A DNA stretch of 64,000 nucleotides. Origin: Deltaproteobacteria bacterium (GTDB lineage Bacteria; Desulfobacterota_D; UBA1144; Nemesobacterales; CSP1-2). Positions within the stretch are counted from its first letter, which is position 1; each line of letters begins with the position of its first letter. The position numbers were made by a program, and so were the translations under genes. Shown here piece by piece: positions 41,768-52,256 of this stretch. The notes beneath the pieces were generated by a model. That model made no database searches, had not been told where the DNA came from, and saw only the letters and a program-made list of their open reading frames with translations. The stretch is from NCBI GenBank assembly GCA_052390235.1, contig JBQTHB010000002.1:128001-192000 (forward strand), read 5' to 3'.

Positions 41768-43996
41768 ATGGATATTGAAATATCTAGGCTCGTTCTGCTC
41801 AATCCGCCGGGCATCTCCGAGTGGGTGGCAATTGCCCTTCTCCTTGCCGCTCTGATTTACCCATCGCTTAAAATGCGTACTCGAATTGCCTCTCCCCTCA
41901 AGCGGCTTTTGCTCGCCGCTCTGCGCTCTGCCTCGTTTGCCGCCGTCGCTTTCATAATGCTTGACCCTGCCCTCAGGGTCGAGAACTATAGAGAGGTCAA
42001 GCCCCGACTTGCCGTTTTAATTGATAGCTCGTGGAGTATGAACCTCGCCTCAGGGGGCAGCGAGGGAACGAGAATCGAAGCCGTGAGGGCTTTCCTCAGG
42101 GCGCACGAGGATTTTTTCTCTGAAGCCTCGCGCAGTTTCACCCTGAGCTATTACACCTTTGATGGGACTCTTGCCCCATCCTCAGCGGACTACTTTGCAT
42201 CAAATTCCCCCGCAGGCAAAACAACCGACATCGCCGCCGCTCTTATGAAACTGTCCGAGGGGGCGAGTAAGCCCGACGCCGCAATTCTCATCTCCGACGG
42301 GGCGGATTACTCTCGGTTCAATAGAGGCGGGGCGGCTGATGCCATTGCGGATTACCCGGTTTATACGGTTTCGGCTATCTCCTCAGGCGCAAATCAGGAC
42401 GTTTGGATAGATTCTCTGGAGGCGAGCGCGGTTGCGTTCCTAAAATATCCGATGCTGATAGACGTAACGGTTAAATCCACTGGGCTTAAAAGCCAAACCC
42501 TGCCCGTAACGCTCAAGGAAAACGGCAGTACCGTGTCCGTCTCAGAGGCCAGTATAACGTCGGATTCTGCTGAGTCGAGGGCGCGGTTCACGCTCTCGCC
42601 AAAATCCCTCGGCAGGTCGGTCTATACGGTTTCTATACCCGATATTTCGGGCGACCTCATAACTCAGAACAACGAAAAGTCCTTTGTCGTCAACGTGATA
42701 GTTGATAAAATCCGGGTTCTGCACGTGGCAGGAAGTCCCTCGTGGGACGTGAGATTCCTGAGGCGCGCGCTAAAGAGGAATCCTAACGTGGATCTTGTGG
42801 CGTTTTTTATCCTCAGGGAGGAGTCGGATTTCGTTTCCGCCCCTCAAAATGAACTGAGCCTTATCCCCTTTCCCGTGGATGAGATTTTCGGCGCGGAGCT
42901 TGAAACGTTCGACCTGGTTATTTTCCAGAATTTTGATTTCGAGCCTTACGGCATTTACGGTCATCACCTCGGAAATATCAGAGATTACGTGGCTGATAAA
43001 GGCGGGGCGTTTCTCATGATAGCAGGCGACGGCGGCTTCGGCGGGACGAATTACTCAGAGACTCCGATTTCAGAAATCCTCCCCGTAGAGATTAGAGACG
43101 AAATCCCAAGAACCCCGCTCGCTGAGCTAACCCCCCGACTGACCCCTCAGGGTTTGTATCATCCCGTGATGAGAATCGCCCCAGACGGCGGTAAGAACCG
43201 AGAGCTTTGGGAGGGGATGCCGCCAGTTTATGGGATGAACGGGGCATCGCTCAAATCCGGCGCTCTGGCATTGCTTGAGGGCGGCGATGGGAAACCGATA
43301 CTCGTCCTAAGCCGGGTGGGAGAGGGCAGGGCAGGCGCGTTTTTGTCAGATTCATCGTGGAGATGGAGCTTTAGTAAAGCCGGACAAGGGGACGCCGCTC
43401 CGTATTACGACAGGCTCTGGAATCGCCTGATTCTCTGGCTCATAAAAGACCCCTCTATCGGCGATGTGAGGGTTAGCGCGGACAGCGCCGTCTATAATGC
43501 CGGAGAGCGGCTTGGGGCAAACGTATACGTCTTTCGCAGGGACGCCTCCGCCGAGATAGAGCTATCTATGACTACCCCAAGCGCGGCAGAACTGCCGCTC
43601 GCCCTTGAAAACGCCCTCTCTTCGGATACTCTAAGCGCCGAGGCTGACCTCAGGGAGTTCGGGGCGTATTCCATCAAAGCGTCCGTCCGCTACCCTTCGG
43701 GCGGCGGAGCGGCTGAAGCCTCGGATGAGACGCGGTTTATCGTCGAGCCGCCTCAAGCTGAGATGCGCGGTCCTACGGCTGATGCCGATGCCCTCAAAGC
43801 CATCTCGCAGAAGACCGGAGGGCGTTTCATCACTGTTGGCGATAACCCCCGGAGCATGGGGATTGATTTCTCCCCCAAGCGGGTCGTTACTGGCTATAAG
43901 ACGGCTCGTATTTGGGACGGCGCTTATGTTTTTGTCCTTTTAGCGGGTCTGCTGTCGCTTGAGTGGGCGCTCGCGAGGAGATGGGGAGTTCGGTAG
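41768..43996 (+). CDS. Membrane protein with vWA-like and GATase1-like domains
   Basis: DSSWSM MIDAS-like motif, ISDG, SWDVRFLR, GGAFLMI, terminal LSLEW..RRWG. Confidence 0.75.
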   Translation: MDIEISRLVLLNPPGISEWVAIALLLAALIYPSLKMRTRIASPLKRLLLAALRSASFAAVAFIMLDPALRVENYREVKPRLAVLIDSSWSMNLASGGSEGTRIEAVRAFLRAHEDFFSEASRSFTLSYYTFDGTLAPSSADYFASNSPAGKTTDIAAALMKLSEGASKPDAAILISDGADYSRFNRGGAADAIADYPVYTVSAISSGANQDVWIDSLEASAVAFLKYPMLIDVTVKSTGLKSQTLPVTLKENGSTVSVSEASITSDSAESRARFTLSPKSLGRSVYTVSIPDISGDLITQNNEKSFVVNVIVDKIRVLHVAGSPSWDVRFLRRALKRNPNVDLVAFFILREESDFVSAPQNELSLIPFPVDEIFGAELETFDLVIFQNFDFEPYGIYGHHLGNIRDYVADKGGAFLMIAGDGGFGGTNYSETPISEILPVEIRDEIPRTPLAELTPRLTPQGLYHPVMRIAPDGGKNRELWEGMPPVYGMNGASLKSGALALLEGGDGKPILVLSRVGEGRAGAFLSDSSWRWSFSKAGQGDAAPYYDRLWNRLILWLIKDPSIGDVRVSADSAVYNAGERLGANVYVFRRDASAEIELSMTTPSAAELPLALENALSSDTLSAEADLREFGAYSIKASVRYPSGGGAAEASDETRFIVEPPQAEMRGPTADADALKAISQKTGGRFITVGDNPRSMGIDFSPKRVVTGYKTARIWDGAYVFVLLAGLLSLEWALARRWGVR

Positions 43997-44024
43997 CAAT
44001 TTCTATTATGGAGGAGGCGGCAAC

Positions 44025-44792
44025 GTGTTATTGGCGGTGGATGTGGGAAATACGAATATCGTATTTGGAATATTCAGAGGGAAAGAGATTCTAAACCACT
44101 GGAGGGTGGCTACGGATATAACCAAAACCTCGGACGAGTACGGAATCCTGTTCAGGAGTTTAATCGGGTTCAGAGGGATTGCCCCTGAATCAATTACTGG
44201 AGCGGCACTGTCCTGCGTGTTCCCCCCAGTGCTTGACACGCTGATTTCCGCACTGAAATTTTATTTCGGCGTATCGCCCGTCGTAATAGAGCCGGGAGTG
44301 AAAACCGGAATGCCGATACTCTATCATAACCCCAAGGAGGTCGGGGCGGATAGAATCGTAAACTCCGTAGCCGCCTACGACGAATATAAATCGAGCCTCG
44401 TTGTGGTTGATTTCGGCACGGCGACCACTTTTGACTGCATCTCCGAAAGGGGCGAGTATCTCGGAGGGGCTATTGCGCCGGGGCTTGGTATCTCGGCTGA
44501 GGCGCTCTTTCGCTCGGCGTCAAAACTACCCAAGGTCGAAATAGCCAGACCCAAGAGCGCGATTGGCAAGACTACGGTTCACAGTATGCAGTCGGGGATT
44601 GTTTTCGGCTATGCGGGGCTTGTTGACGGCATCGTGAAGAGAATAGAAAGAGAGATGGACTCGCGCCCAAAGGTCATTGCCACGGGGGGGCTGGCAAGAT
44701 TAATAGCCCCGGAGAGCAGAACCATCGAGGCAGAGGACGAGTTTCTTACGCTCAAGGGGCTTAGGCTGATTTATGACTGGAACGCGGCTTAG
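44025..44792 (+). CDS. coaX: Type III pantothenate kinase
   Basis: DVGNTN, VGADR, DFGTATT, GGAIAPG, ATGG; GTG 44025 with GGAGGAGG. Confidence 0.96.
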   Translation: MLLAVDVGNTNIVFGIFRGKEILNHWRVATDITKTSDEYGILFRSLIGFRGIAPESITGAALSCVFPPVLDTLISALKFYFGVSPVVIEPGVKTGMPILYHNPKEVGADRIVNSVAAYDEYKSSLVVVDFGTATTFDCISERGEYLGGAIAPGLGISAEALFRSASKLPKVEIARPKSAIGKTTVHSMQSGIVFGYAGLVDGIVKRIEREMDSRPKVIATGGLARLIAPESRTIEAEDEFLTLKGLRLIYDWNAA

Positions 44793-45162
44793 TTTTATTA
44801 TTCACGAACACGCGACGGACTGTCCGCACTACGATCTAAGGCTGCGGCTCGACGGGGGCGTGAAGTCGTGGATTATCCCCAAGGCTCTTCCCCTGTCTGC
44901 GGGCGATGAAAAGAGGCTTGCAGTTGAGGATTGGGGCGCACCGGCGGAGTTAATATCGGCGTCCGAGGGGATTATCGCAGACGGATACGGGGTCGGAGAG
45001 GCTAGTATCTGGGATGCAGGCGCTTATGAGATTTGCGGCAGGTCGAGGGTGAGGCTCGATTTTGAGGCTTGGGGCGGGAGACTGCGAGGCGGGTATGTTC
45101 TCCTCCTTCCGGGCTGGGGAACGTGGGGGAAGAGGAATCTCTGGGTGCTGATTAGGCGCTGA
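44773..45162 (+). CDS. Stand-alone LigD 3'-phosphoesterase-like domain, divergent
   Basis: H...HYDLRL, KSW..PK, KRLAV, EG.I..GYG.G...IWD.G.Y. Confidence 0.8.
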   Translation: MTGTRLSFIIHEHATDCPHYDLRLRLDGGVKSWIIPKALPLSAGDEKRLAVEDWGAPAELISASEGIIADGYGVGEASIWDAGAYEICGRSRVRLDFEAWGGRLRGGYVLLLPGWGTWGKRNLWVLIRR

Positions 45163-45234
45163 GGCGTTCTGCCCGGCACTCCGGCAGTGGACTTTATATT
45201 TTAGGGCTAATATTTATACTTAGGCGCTCGGAGG

Positions 45235-45263
45235 GTAACCTTTTTCCGAGTCGGCAGTTTCTA
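45235..45263 (+). promoter_or_regulatory. Candidate autoregulatory ECF promoter
   Basis: GTAAC-N17-GTTTCTA 24 nt before the ECF start. Confidence 0.45.
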
Positions 45264-45287
45264 CTATCAGACCCAATCGGGACGCAG

Positions 45288-45857
45288 ATGGAAAATGACA
45301 TTGAGCTTATGATGCGGGTTAAGGCGGGCGATAAATCCGCTTTTACAGAGATAATGAGGAGGCACTACAAGGGCGTGGTTAATTACATCTATAGATTCAC
45401 TTACAATAGAGAAACCTCCGAAGACCTCGCCCAGGAGGCGTTCATGCGCCTCTACCGCTCTGCGAAGCGCTACGAGGCTCAGGCGAAGTTCTCGACGTGG
45501 CTCTATAAAATTGCAACTAATCTGTGCCTCACCGAGGTTAAATCCAAGGGCAGGGACAGCAACTTAAGCCTCGATGAACTCGAAGAGAACACCGGCTCTC
45601 TCCCCGACCCGCGCTCGGACAAAGCCGACGACCTCATCTTCAGAAAAGAGATTAAGGACAAAATCTTCGAGGCAATGAAATCCCTGCCGGAGCGCGAGAG
45701 GCTGGCGATAATCCTATGCAAGTACGAGGAAACCCCCTACGAAGAGGTCGCCGAAATCATAGGATGCACCACAGGCGCGGTAAAGGCTTACGTTCACAGA
45801 GGGCGGATGAAGCTGATTGAAAAGCTAAAAGCTCACTTAGGGGGGAGAGGTCTATGA
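45288..45857 (+). CDS. ECF sigma factor (sigma-70 family)
   Basis: EDLAQEAF, FSTWLYKIATN, region 4 YEEVAEIIGC..GAVK...HRGR. Confidence 0.93.
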   Translation: MENDIELMMRVKAGDKSAFTEIMRRHYKGVVNYIYRFTYNRETSEDLAQEAFMRLYRSAKRYEAQAKFSTWLYKIATNLCLTEVKSKGRDSNLSLDELEENTGSLPDPRSDKADDLIFRKEIKDKIFEAMKSLPERERLAIILCKYEETPYEEVAEIIGCTTGAVKAYVHRGRMKLIEKLKAHLGGRGL

Positions 45858-46369
45858 ACCACAAATGCGACGAGATTCAGGATTTAATCCTCGATTACCC
45901 AGAGGATAAATTAAGCCACTCGCAGCGGCTCGCCGTGAAATCCCATGTCGAGGGGGGTTGCCCGCGCTGCGGCGCGCTCCTTGCCGAGTCCAATCAAATG
46001 TGGGATCTTCTCGGCGGGATTCCAGAAATAGAGCCGAGGGCGGATTTCGCCGGCAGGTTTTGGGATAGGCTCGCCGAGGAGGAGGAAGAGCAAAAGGCTC
46101 GTGGCAGATTTCAGATATTCGATATTTTCAAAATGTGGAAGCTCAATTTCGCCAGGCTGGGAGCCGTAGCCGTGATATTCATCGCCGCTGCCGTGTCGCT
46201 TAATGTATTCGAGTCCGAGAGGGCGGTCGTGGTCTATACGGCAGAGGATAGAGCCGATGAGAAGCTACTCGGCGACATGGACAGGGCGGTGTCGAGGCAG
46301 ACAGCCGATATTCTCGATATCTATGGACCTTGGAGCATTGATATCGAACAGAACAACAAGGGGGGATAA
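45854..46369 (+). CDS. Zinc-binding (ZAS) transmembrane anti-sigma factor
   Basis: HKC...HVEGGCPRC, one TM helix; overlaps the sigma stop. Confidence 0.8.
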   Translation: MNHKCDEIQDLILDYPEDKLSHSQRLAVKSHVEGGCPRCGALLAESNQMWDLLGGIPEIEPRADFAGRFWDRLAEEEEEQKARGRFQIFDIFKMWKLNFARLGAVAVIFIAAAVSLNVFESERAVVVYTAEDRADEKLLGDMDRAVSRQTADILDIYGPWSIDIEQNNKGG

Positions 46370-46374
46370 GAAAA

Positions 46375-46779
46375 TTGAAAACGCAGTTGTATTTACCGTT
46401 GCTACTCGCTCTCGTCTGCTCGCTGACAAGTCTCGCTTACGGAGGCGAAAAGGGGATTAAGTGGTGGAAGAATCAGGAAATCGTAGCGGAACTCAACCTC
46501 TCTTCGGGGCAGGTCAGCTCCATAGAAAATATCTTTGCCTCGACTAGAGACAGGCTCATCTCCCTGACCTCGGAGCTTCGGCAAAAGGAAGGAGAACTGG
46601 GCAGTCTCATCAGAGACCCCAACGCCACTCAGCAGCAAGTCCTAACCCTTACCAACGAAGTGGAGGGCTTAAAAGGAGAGCTCAGAAAGAGCGAAGTGCG
46701 GATGTTTCTCGAAATAAGGGACGTTCTAAACTCCGAACAAAGGGAAATGCTCCATAAAATCAAGGGCAGATACAGGTAG
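46375..46779 (+). CDS. Periplasmic Spy/CpxP/ZraP-like protein
   Basis: Signal peptide, KWW, LNLSSGQ and LNSEQ (LTxxQ-like) motifs, coiled coil. Confidence 0.8.
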   Translation: MKTQLYLPLLLALVCSLTSLAYGGEKGIKWWKNQEIVAELNLSSGQVSSIENIFASTRDRLISLTSELRQKEGELGSLIRDPNATQQQVLTLTNEVEGLKGELRKSEVRMFLEIRDVLNSEQREMLHKIKGRYR

Positions 46780-46848
46780 ATGACTGCGAGCCGCAGCGCT
46801 TTGCATATTTCCGGTTTACAGCCGCCGGGATTAAATTAAACTTAACCC

Positions 46849-48870
46849 GTGTCCTCAGTGTTTCGACTCAAATCCGATTTCACCCCCAAGGGCGACCAGC
46901 CCGCCGCCATTGACGCCCTCACACGCGGAGTCCTCAGCGGGCGGGAGCATCAAGCGCTTCTCGGCGTTACCGGAAGCGGAAAAACGTTCACCGTAGCCAA
47001 TGTCATAGCCCGATGCGGAGTCCCCGCCCTAGTGATAGCGCACAATAAAACCCTAGCCGCCCAGCTCTACGGAGAACTCAAAGACCTGTTCCCTGAGAAT
47101 TCCGTGCATTACTTCGTGAGCTACTACGACTACTATCAGCCCGAAGCCTATATCCCCTCAACCAACACATATATTGAAAAAGACGCCTCGATAAACGAAC
47201 ATATTGACCGCCTTCGCCACGCCGCAACCTCAGCTCTTTTTGAGAGAAGCGATGTGATAATAGTCTCAAGCGTGTCGTGCATCTACGGCATCGGAGCGCC
47301 GGAGGACTACTACGGGATGCTCATCTCGCTTGAAGAGGGAATGGCGATGGAGCGCGACGCTCTTTGTCTGAGGCTCGCTGAGGTTCGATACGAAAGGGCC
47401 GACCTAGAGCTTTATCGGGGGAGTTTCCGCGTTAAAGGCGATGTGGTTGACCTCTTCCCGGCGCACGAGGACGCATCCGCCGTGAGAGTGGAATTCTTCG
47501 GCGACGCCGTTGAATCCATCAAGCGGATAGACCCCCTAACGGGCAGGACTCTGGGCGCGTTTAAGAAGAAAATTATATTTCCCGCCACGCACTACGTCGC
47601 CCCGCGAAGCCGAATTACAAACGCCATAGAGGCAATTAAGCAGGAGCTAATCGAGAGAATCGCCTACTTTGACTCCAAATCCATGACGCCCGAGCGCGCG
47701 AGAATAGAAGAGCGCACCAACTACGACCTCGAACTGCTCTCTACCATGGGTTTCTGCCCCGGCATCGAGAACTACTCGAGACACATAGCCGCAAGGCGCG
47801 CCGGAGACCCGCCCTGCACCCTGCTTGACTACTTCCCCCCGCGCTCCCTCGTTGTAATTGACGAAAGCCACCAGACCGTGCCTCAACTCCGGGCAATGTA
47901 TCACGGCGATAGAAGCCGCAAGCTCACGCTCATCGAACACGGGTTTAGACTCCCCTCGGCGCTCGACAATCGCCCGCTCAACTTCCAAGAATTTGAGGCG
48001 AGGGTGAAGCGGACGATATTCGTATCGGCGACTCCGGCGGCTTATGAAATCGAAAAATGCGAAGGCGAGGTCATCGAGCAAATCATCCGCCCCACCGGGC
48101 TTGCCGACCCGCCCATAATAATCCGTCCCGCCGATAAGCAGGTGGACGACCTGCTGGATGAAATCCGAAGAAAAATCTCGCTTGGAGACAAAATCTTAAT
48201 TACGACCCTCACAAAACGGATGGCTGAGGATTTAACCGAATACTACAGGGACTACGGCGTGAGGGTGCGCTATCTGCACTCGGACATTGATACGATAGAG
48301 AGGATTCGCATAATTCGGGATTTGCGGCTCGATAAATTTGATGTCCTTGTCGGCATAAATCTGCTCAGAGAGGGGCTAGATATACCAGAGGTATCGCTCG
48401 TGGCGGTGCTTGACGCGGATAAAGAGGGATTTTTGCGCTCCGAGACCTCGCTTATTCAGATATTTGGCAGGGCGGCTAGAAACCTGCGTGGAGAGGTCAT
48501 ACTCTACGCCGACTCCGTTACGCAGTCCATGGCGAGGGCTATTGCCGAAACCAATAGGAGGCGAGTGATTCAGGAAGAATACAACAAAGCCCACGGAATC
48601 ACCCCCAGGAGCGTAGAGAAATCCGTCGGCGACATTCTCTCCTCCATTTATAATGCCGATTACTATACGGTTGCCGCCGAGGGGGGCTACCCCTACGACG
48701 CTGAGGATATTTCACCTGAGAATATAGGGCGCGCCGTTCAAGACCTCACAAAGGAGATGAAACTCGCGGCAAAGAATCTCGAATTCGAGCGGGCGGCCGA
48801 GATTCGGGACAGAATAAAAATCCTCAGAGACAGAGAACTCAAATACGCGGGAGAAATTAATCAATCATGA
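46849..48870 (+). CDS. uvrB: Excinuclease ABC subunit B
   Basis: [36 protein letters not shown]-terminal FERAAEIRD. Confidence 0.98.
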   Translation: MSSVFRLKSDFTPKGDQPAAIDALTRGVLSGREHQALLGVTGSGKTFTVANVIARCGVPALVIAHNKTLAAQLYGELKDLFPENSVHYFVSYYDYYQPEAYIPSTNTYIEKDASINEHIDRLRHAATSALFERSDVIIVSSVSCIYGIGAPEDYYGMLISLEEGMAMERDALCLRLAEVRYERADLELYRGSFRVKGDVVDLFPAHEDASAVRVEFFGDAVESIKRIDPLTGRTLGAFKKKIIFPATHYVAPRSRITNAIEAIKQELIERIAYFDSKSMTPERARIEERTNYDLELLSTMGFCPGIENYSRHIAARRAGDPPCTLLDYFPPRSLVVIDESHQTVPQLRAMYHGDRSRKLTLIEHGFRLPSALDNRPLNFQEFEARVKRTIFVSATPAAYEIEKCEGEVIEQIIRPTGLADPPIIIRPADKQVDDLLDEIRRKISLGDKILITTLTKRMAEDLTEYYRDYGVRVRYLHSDIDTIERIRIIRDLRLDKFDVLVGINLLREGLDIPEVSLVAVLDADKEGFLRSETSLIQIFGRAARNLRGEVILYADSVTQSMARAIAETNRRRVIQEEYNKAHGITPRSVEKSVGDILSSIYNADYYTVAAEGGYPYDAEDISPENIGRAVQDLTKEMKLAAKNLEFERAAEIRDRIKILRDRELKYAGEINQS

Positions 48871-50948
48871 GAATCTCCGAGGCGCTCGGTTTATTCACTC
48901 ACCTCATCGCGCTCCTAGGGTTTGCCGCCATAGGGTTTACAGGGCATATCGGCGCGCTCGGCATCGCGTTTTTTCTATTCTCTCTCGGCATCAGCTTTGC
49001 CAACGAGCGGCTCGGCAAACCCTACTACCTCAGCCAAAACATCGTAACTGTACTCGCATTCGCGCTTCTAGCTTATGTGCTGGGAGGGGTGTTTTTCCTC
49101 GGCGTCGAGGTGTTCGGCGCGATTTTGACATTTCTCGTCTATACGCAGGCGATAAAACTTCTGGGCAGAAAGGAGCTTCGGGACGTTACTCAGATATTTA
49201 TCCTCAGCTTCTTCCAGTTTCTCGCAGGCTCAATTCTCACGGTTGATTTCTCCTACGCCCTAGCGTTTGTTCTCTATGTCGTCGTGGCGCTGTGGGCTGT
49301 GATGACGCTTACGATAAAAAAAGAGTCCTCCGAGGCTGCAAACGAGGACGACCCGGCTGTGGTTACGCCCCTGTTCCTGAGTGCGAGCATCGTGGCGAGC
49401 GCGCTTATATTTCTGTTCACCGCTTTTTTGTTTATCTCTTTTCCGAGAATCAAGGCGGGGGTTTTCATGAGCGATTTTATAAGACCGGAGTTTCTTAAGA
49501 CCGGCTTCTCAGATGAGATAAAACTCGGCAGGGTGGGCGAAATCAAGCGCGATTCCTCTGCCGTGATGAGGGTTAGGATTCTCGATAACCCCTATCCGGT
49601 TCTGCCGCAATCTATCTACTGGAGGGGAATTGCCCTTGATGAATTCGACGGCGTGTCTTGGCGGGCTGGCGACTTTGACGCCGCTACCCACAAAGAGGGC
49701 AGGGACGGAGTGATTGCCGTCGGAAAAGCTAGGGGAGGGGTTCTCGCTCAAGAGATCATCACAGAGCCGTTAGACACGGATATTCTATTTGCCGCCGACG
49801 CTCCTGTGGGGTTTCGCGCACTCGCCTCAAAGAAAATCTCATCCGTAAACGATTCCTATATACTCCCCGGCAGGGCTTCTTTCCGGCTCAAATACACCGC
49901 CTATTCGGATTTATCCGCCCCTTCGCCCCAGGAGCTCAGCCGCGCGGGCGAGGATTATCCCCAATTCATCAAGGAGCGTTATCTCTCGCTCCCGCCGATT
50001 CCCGAAAGAGTAGGCGCGCTCGCTCTGGAAATAACCTCGCTTGAGAGGACGCCCTATGATAAAGCCATAGCCATTAAGAGGTATCTGCTCGCGAACATGA
50101 GCTATACGCTCACTCTCGACGGCGGCGACGGGGCTTTCCCGCTTGAGGACTTTCTCTTTGATAGCCGCGCGGGACACTGCGAGTATTTCGCCACGGCGAT
50201 GGTCGTCCTCCTCAGAGAGGCGGGAGTGCCGGCTAGAATCGTCAACGGTTTCCTCGGAGGGGAGTGGAACGAACACGGAGAGTTTTTCCTCGTGAGAGAG
50301 AGCGAGGCTCACTCGTGGGTGGAGGCGTATTTTCCCCAGAGCGGATGGGCGCTTTTCGACCCCACACCGGCATCAGACGCCGCCACAGGGGCGATAGCCG
50401 GCAGTCTAAAATATATAATCTCTTACTTCGATTATTTAAGATACAGGTGGAACAGGTACGTCGTGGATTTCAACCAGCGCGACCAAATCCGCATATTCAA
50501 CAACGTGCGCGATGGCTGGCGATGGCAGGGGGCGAAACTGAAAAATAGGTTTAATTTAGGGCTGAAATCTAACGTGAAAACTATTGCCGCCGCCGCCCTT
50601 GCCGCGCTTGGCCTATGGGTTTTATTTGCGATGCGGGGGAGGGCTAATAAATTCTTATTCCGACGCCGAGCGAGAATCGAAGGGGACGAGAGGGCGTCCC
50701 TAATATACCGGAAAGCGCTCTCGGTTCTATCGAAAAAGGGGATGAAGAAACCCGATTTTCTGACCCAGAGGGAGTTCGCCCGCGCTGTATCGGACGCCGC
50801 AGGGGAGTTCTCGCCGTTCTCTGAGCTTACGGAGCGGTACTTAGATCTCAGATTCCGCCAAGACCCTGCGACACAGGGGGAAATTGACGAACTGAAGTAC
50901 CTGCTGTCCAGTATCTCGAGCGGCACTAAAAAAACCAGCATCCGGTAA
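48867..50948 (+). CDS. Membrane transglutaminase-like protein (TgpA/DUF3488 type)
   Basis: Multi-TM N-terminus, YWRG, GHCEYFA, AHSWVE, FDPTP catalytic triad. Confidence 0.9.
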   Translation: MRISEALGLFTHLIALLGFAAIGFTGHIGALGIAFFLFSLGISFANERLGKPYYLSQNIVTVLAFALLAYVLGGVFFLGVEVFGAILTFLVYTQAIKLLGRKELRDVTQIFILSFFQFLAGSILTVDFSYALAFVLYVVVALWAVMTLTIKKESSEAANEDDPAVVTPLFLSASIVASALIFLFTAFLFISFPRIKAGVFMSDFIRPEFLKTGFSDEIKLGRVGEIKRDSSAVMRVRILDNPYPVLPQSIYWRGIALDEFDGVSWRAGDFDAATHKEGRDGVIAVGKARGGVLAQEIITEPLDTDILFAADAPVGFRALASKKISSVNDSYILPGRASFRLKYTAYSDLSAPSPQELSRAGEDYPQFIKERYLSLPPIPERVGALALEITSLERTPYDKAIAIKRYLLANMSYTLTLDGGDGAFPLEDFLFDSRAGHCEYFATAMVVLLREAGVPARIVNGFLGGEWNEHGEFFLVRESEAHSWVEAYFPQSGWALFDPTPASDAATGAIAGSLKYIISYFDYLRYRWNRYVVDFNQRDQIRIFNNVRDGWRWQGAKLKNRFNLGLKSNVKTIAAAALAALGLWVLFAMRGRANKFLFRRRARIEGDERASLIYRKALSVLSKKGMKKPDFLTQREFARAVSDAAGEFSPFSELTERYLDLRFRQDPATQGEIDELKYLLSSISSGTKKTSIR

Positions 50949-51016
50949 TTTTTGTGGCATTTCCATTGAAGGATTGGGATTATGGCTTCCTAATTATCCC
51001 CAACCCACCTTGCCCC

Positions 51017-51520
51017 TTAGCCCGCCATCGGAGCTAGGAACAGGAACGATATAACCATAAAAATTATAAACCCTATTACCGAGACCAGAATCGCCCGGCC
51101 CGTCTCGCAGTCAAGAGCCTGCCTCACCGCAACTATGAACGCCACCAGTACCCAAATTGACACCGCGAACCTAGCGAGCCCCCCGATAACCGGCACGATT
51201 CCGACTATGCTCAAAATATTGGGGGCGAAGGCGAATCCCAAACACCGCAGAAGCTCCCCCATGTCGGATGTGTGCTTGAGTGCCTTCACTCCGATGAGAA
51301 ATATAATGAGACTCCACAAAACCCATCCGACGATTCCCGAAACAACTCCCGTAACGAGTCCCTTTGTTCCAAGCGCGCCGATGCTCCCGATGCCACTGCA
51401 TATACTGCCTAGAACGACTACCATAAGGGCCTGCTTTGTGGCGCTCTCGTCCCTCTCGACCTCCTCGTAGAGTGAAACGTCGAGTTTTGCCGCTCTTATC
51501 ATCTTATCTATCAAGCTCAT
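51017..51520 (-). CDS. YIP1 family membrane protein
   Basis: Five hydrophobic helices, YEEVE.D...QA, LGFA.AP, AVRQALD. Confidence 0.7.
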   Translation of the reverse strand: MSLIDKMIRAAKLDVSLYEEVERDESATKQALMVVVLGSICSGIGSIGALGTKGLVTGVVSGIVGWVLWSLIIFLIGVKALKHTSDMGELLRCLGFAFAPNILSIVGIVPVIGGLARFAVSIWVLVAFIVAVRQALDCETGRAILVSVIGFIIFMVISFLFLAPMAG

Positions 51521-51723
51521 GACCTGCCGCCTCCTTGAAGTTTTGGGGTTTTCCCTAATATATAAGCCAGTATTTAATCGAATCTAAACCTATTTTATCA
51601 GATGGCGCTTGAATTATCACCTCCCCGCTAATAATATTTTCCCTAGCGGCTTATGAACCCCCCCATCAGGAGCGGACTTGCTCTCTCACTTGTATTTGGG
51701 TAACATCCACAACGTTGGGCGCG

Positions 51724-51748
51724 AAGCGGGTTTGATACCCGCTTTTTT
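51724..51748 (+). terminator. Terminator/attenuator hairpin in the rimP leader
   Basis: AAGCGGGT-ttgat-ACCCGCTT followed by a T-run, 25 nt before rimP. Confidence 0.75.
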
Positions 51749-51773
51749 ATTTGCTTTTTTGGGGAGCGATAAT

Positions 51774-52247
51774 ATGGAAATGGATTCCGTTGACCATAAA
51801 GTGCTGGACGCCGTCGCCAAGGTTCTTGACCCCCTTTTGATGGGAGAGGGCTTTGAGCTTGTGCATATCGAGTACAGGGGCGAGGGACGGGGCAAGGTGC
51901 TTAGAATCTTCATGGACAAAGCGGGCGGAATCACAATAGACGACTGCGCGAAAATAAGCCGCGAGCTTAGCTCCCTGCTGGACGTTCACGATGTTGTCCC
52001 CGGTGCTTACACGCTGGAAGTTTCATCGGCGGGGCTAGACAGGCCGCTGTCCAAACCGAGGGATTTCGAGAGATTCGCTGGGAAAAAGGTCAAAATTAAG
52101 ACTAGGAACCAGATAGGGGCGAGAAAGGTTTTCACTGGAAGGCTAATCGGTTTCATAGACAATACGGTAACCGTAGAGGTGGATAAAGTGAATTATTCAA
52201 TTCCCTACGGCGAGATTGAAAAAGCCAATCTGGAGTTGGATTTTTAG
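51774..52247 (+). CDS. rimP: Ribosome maturation factor RimP
   Basis: LRIFMDK.GGITIDDC, YTLEVSSAGLDRPL. Confidence 0.95.
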   Translation: MEMDSVDHKVLDAVAKVLDPLLMGEGFELVHIEYRGEGRGKVLRIFMDKAGGITIDDCAKISRELSSLLDVHDVVPGAYTLEVSSAGLDRPLSKPRDFERFAGKKVKIKTRNQIGARKVFTGRLIGFIDNTVTVEVDKVNYSIPYGEIEKANLELDF

Positions 52248-52256
52248 TTAGGAGGG

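Noticed and set aside
46340..46369. Anti-sigma factor ends in Gly-Gly, like a ubiquitin-type carrier for the MoeB/JAB cluster
   Set aside because: The GG codons coincide with the SD of the next gene, and the C-terminus is predicted periplasmic with no beta-grasp fold
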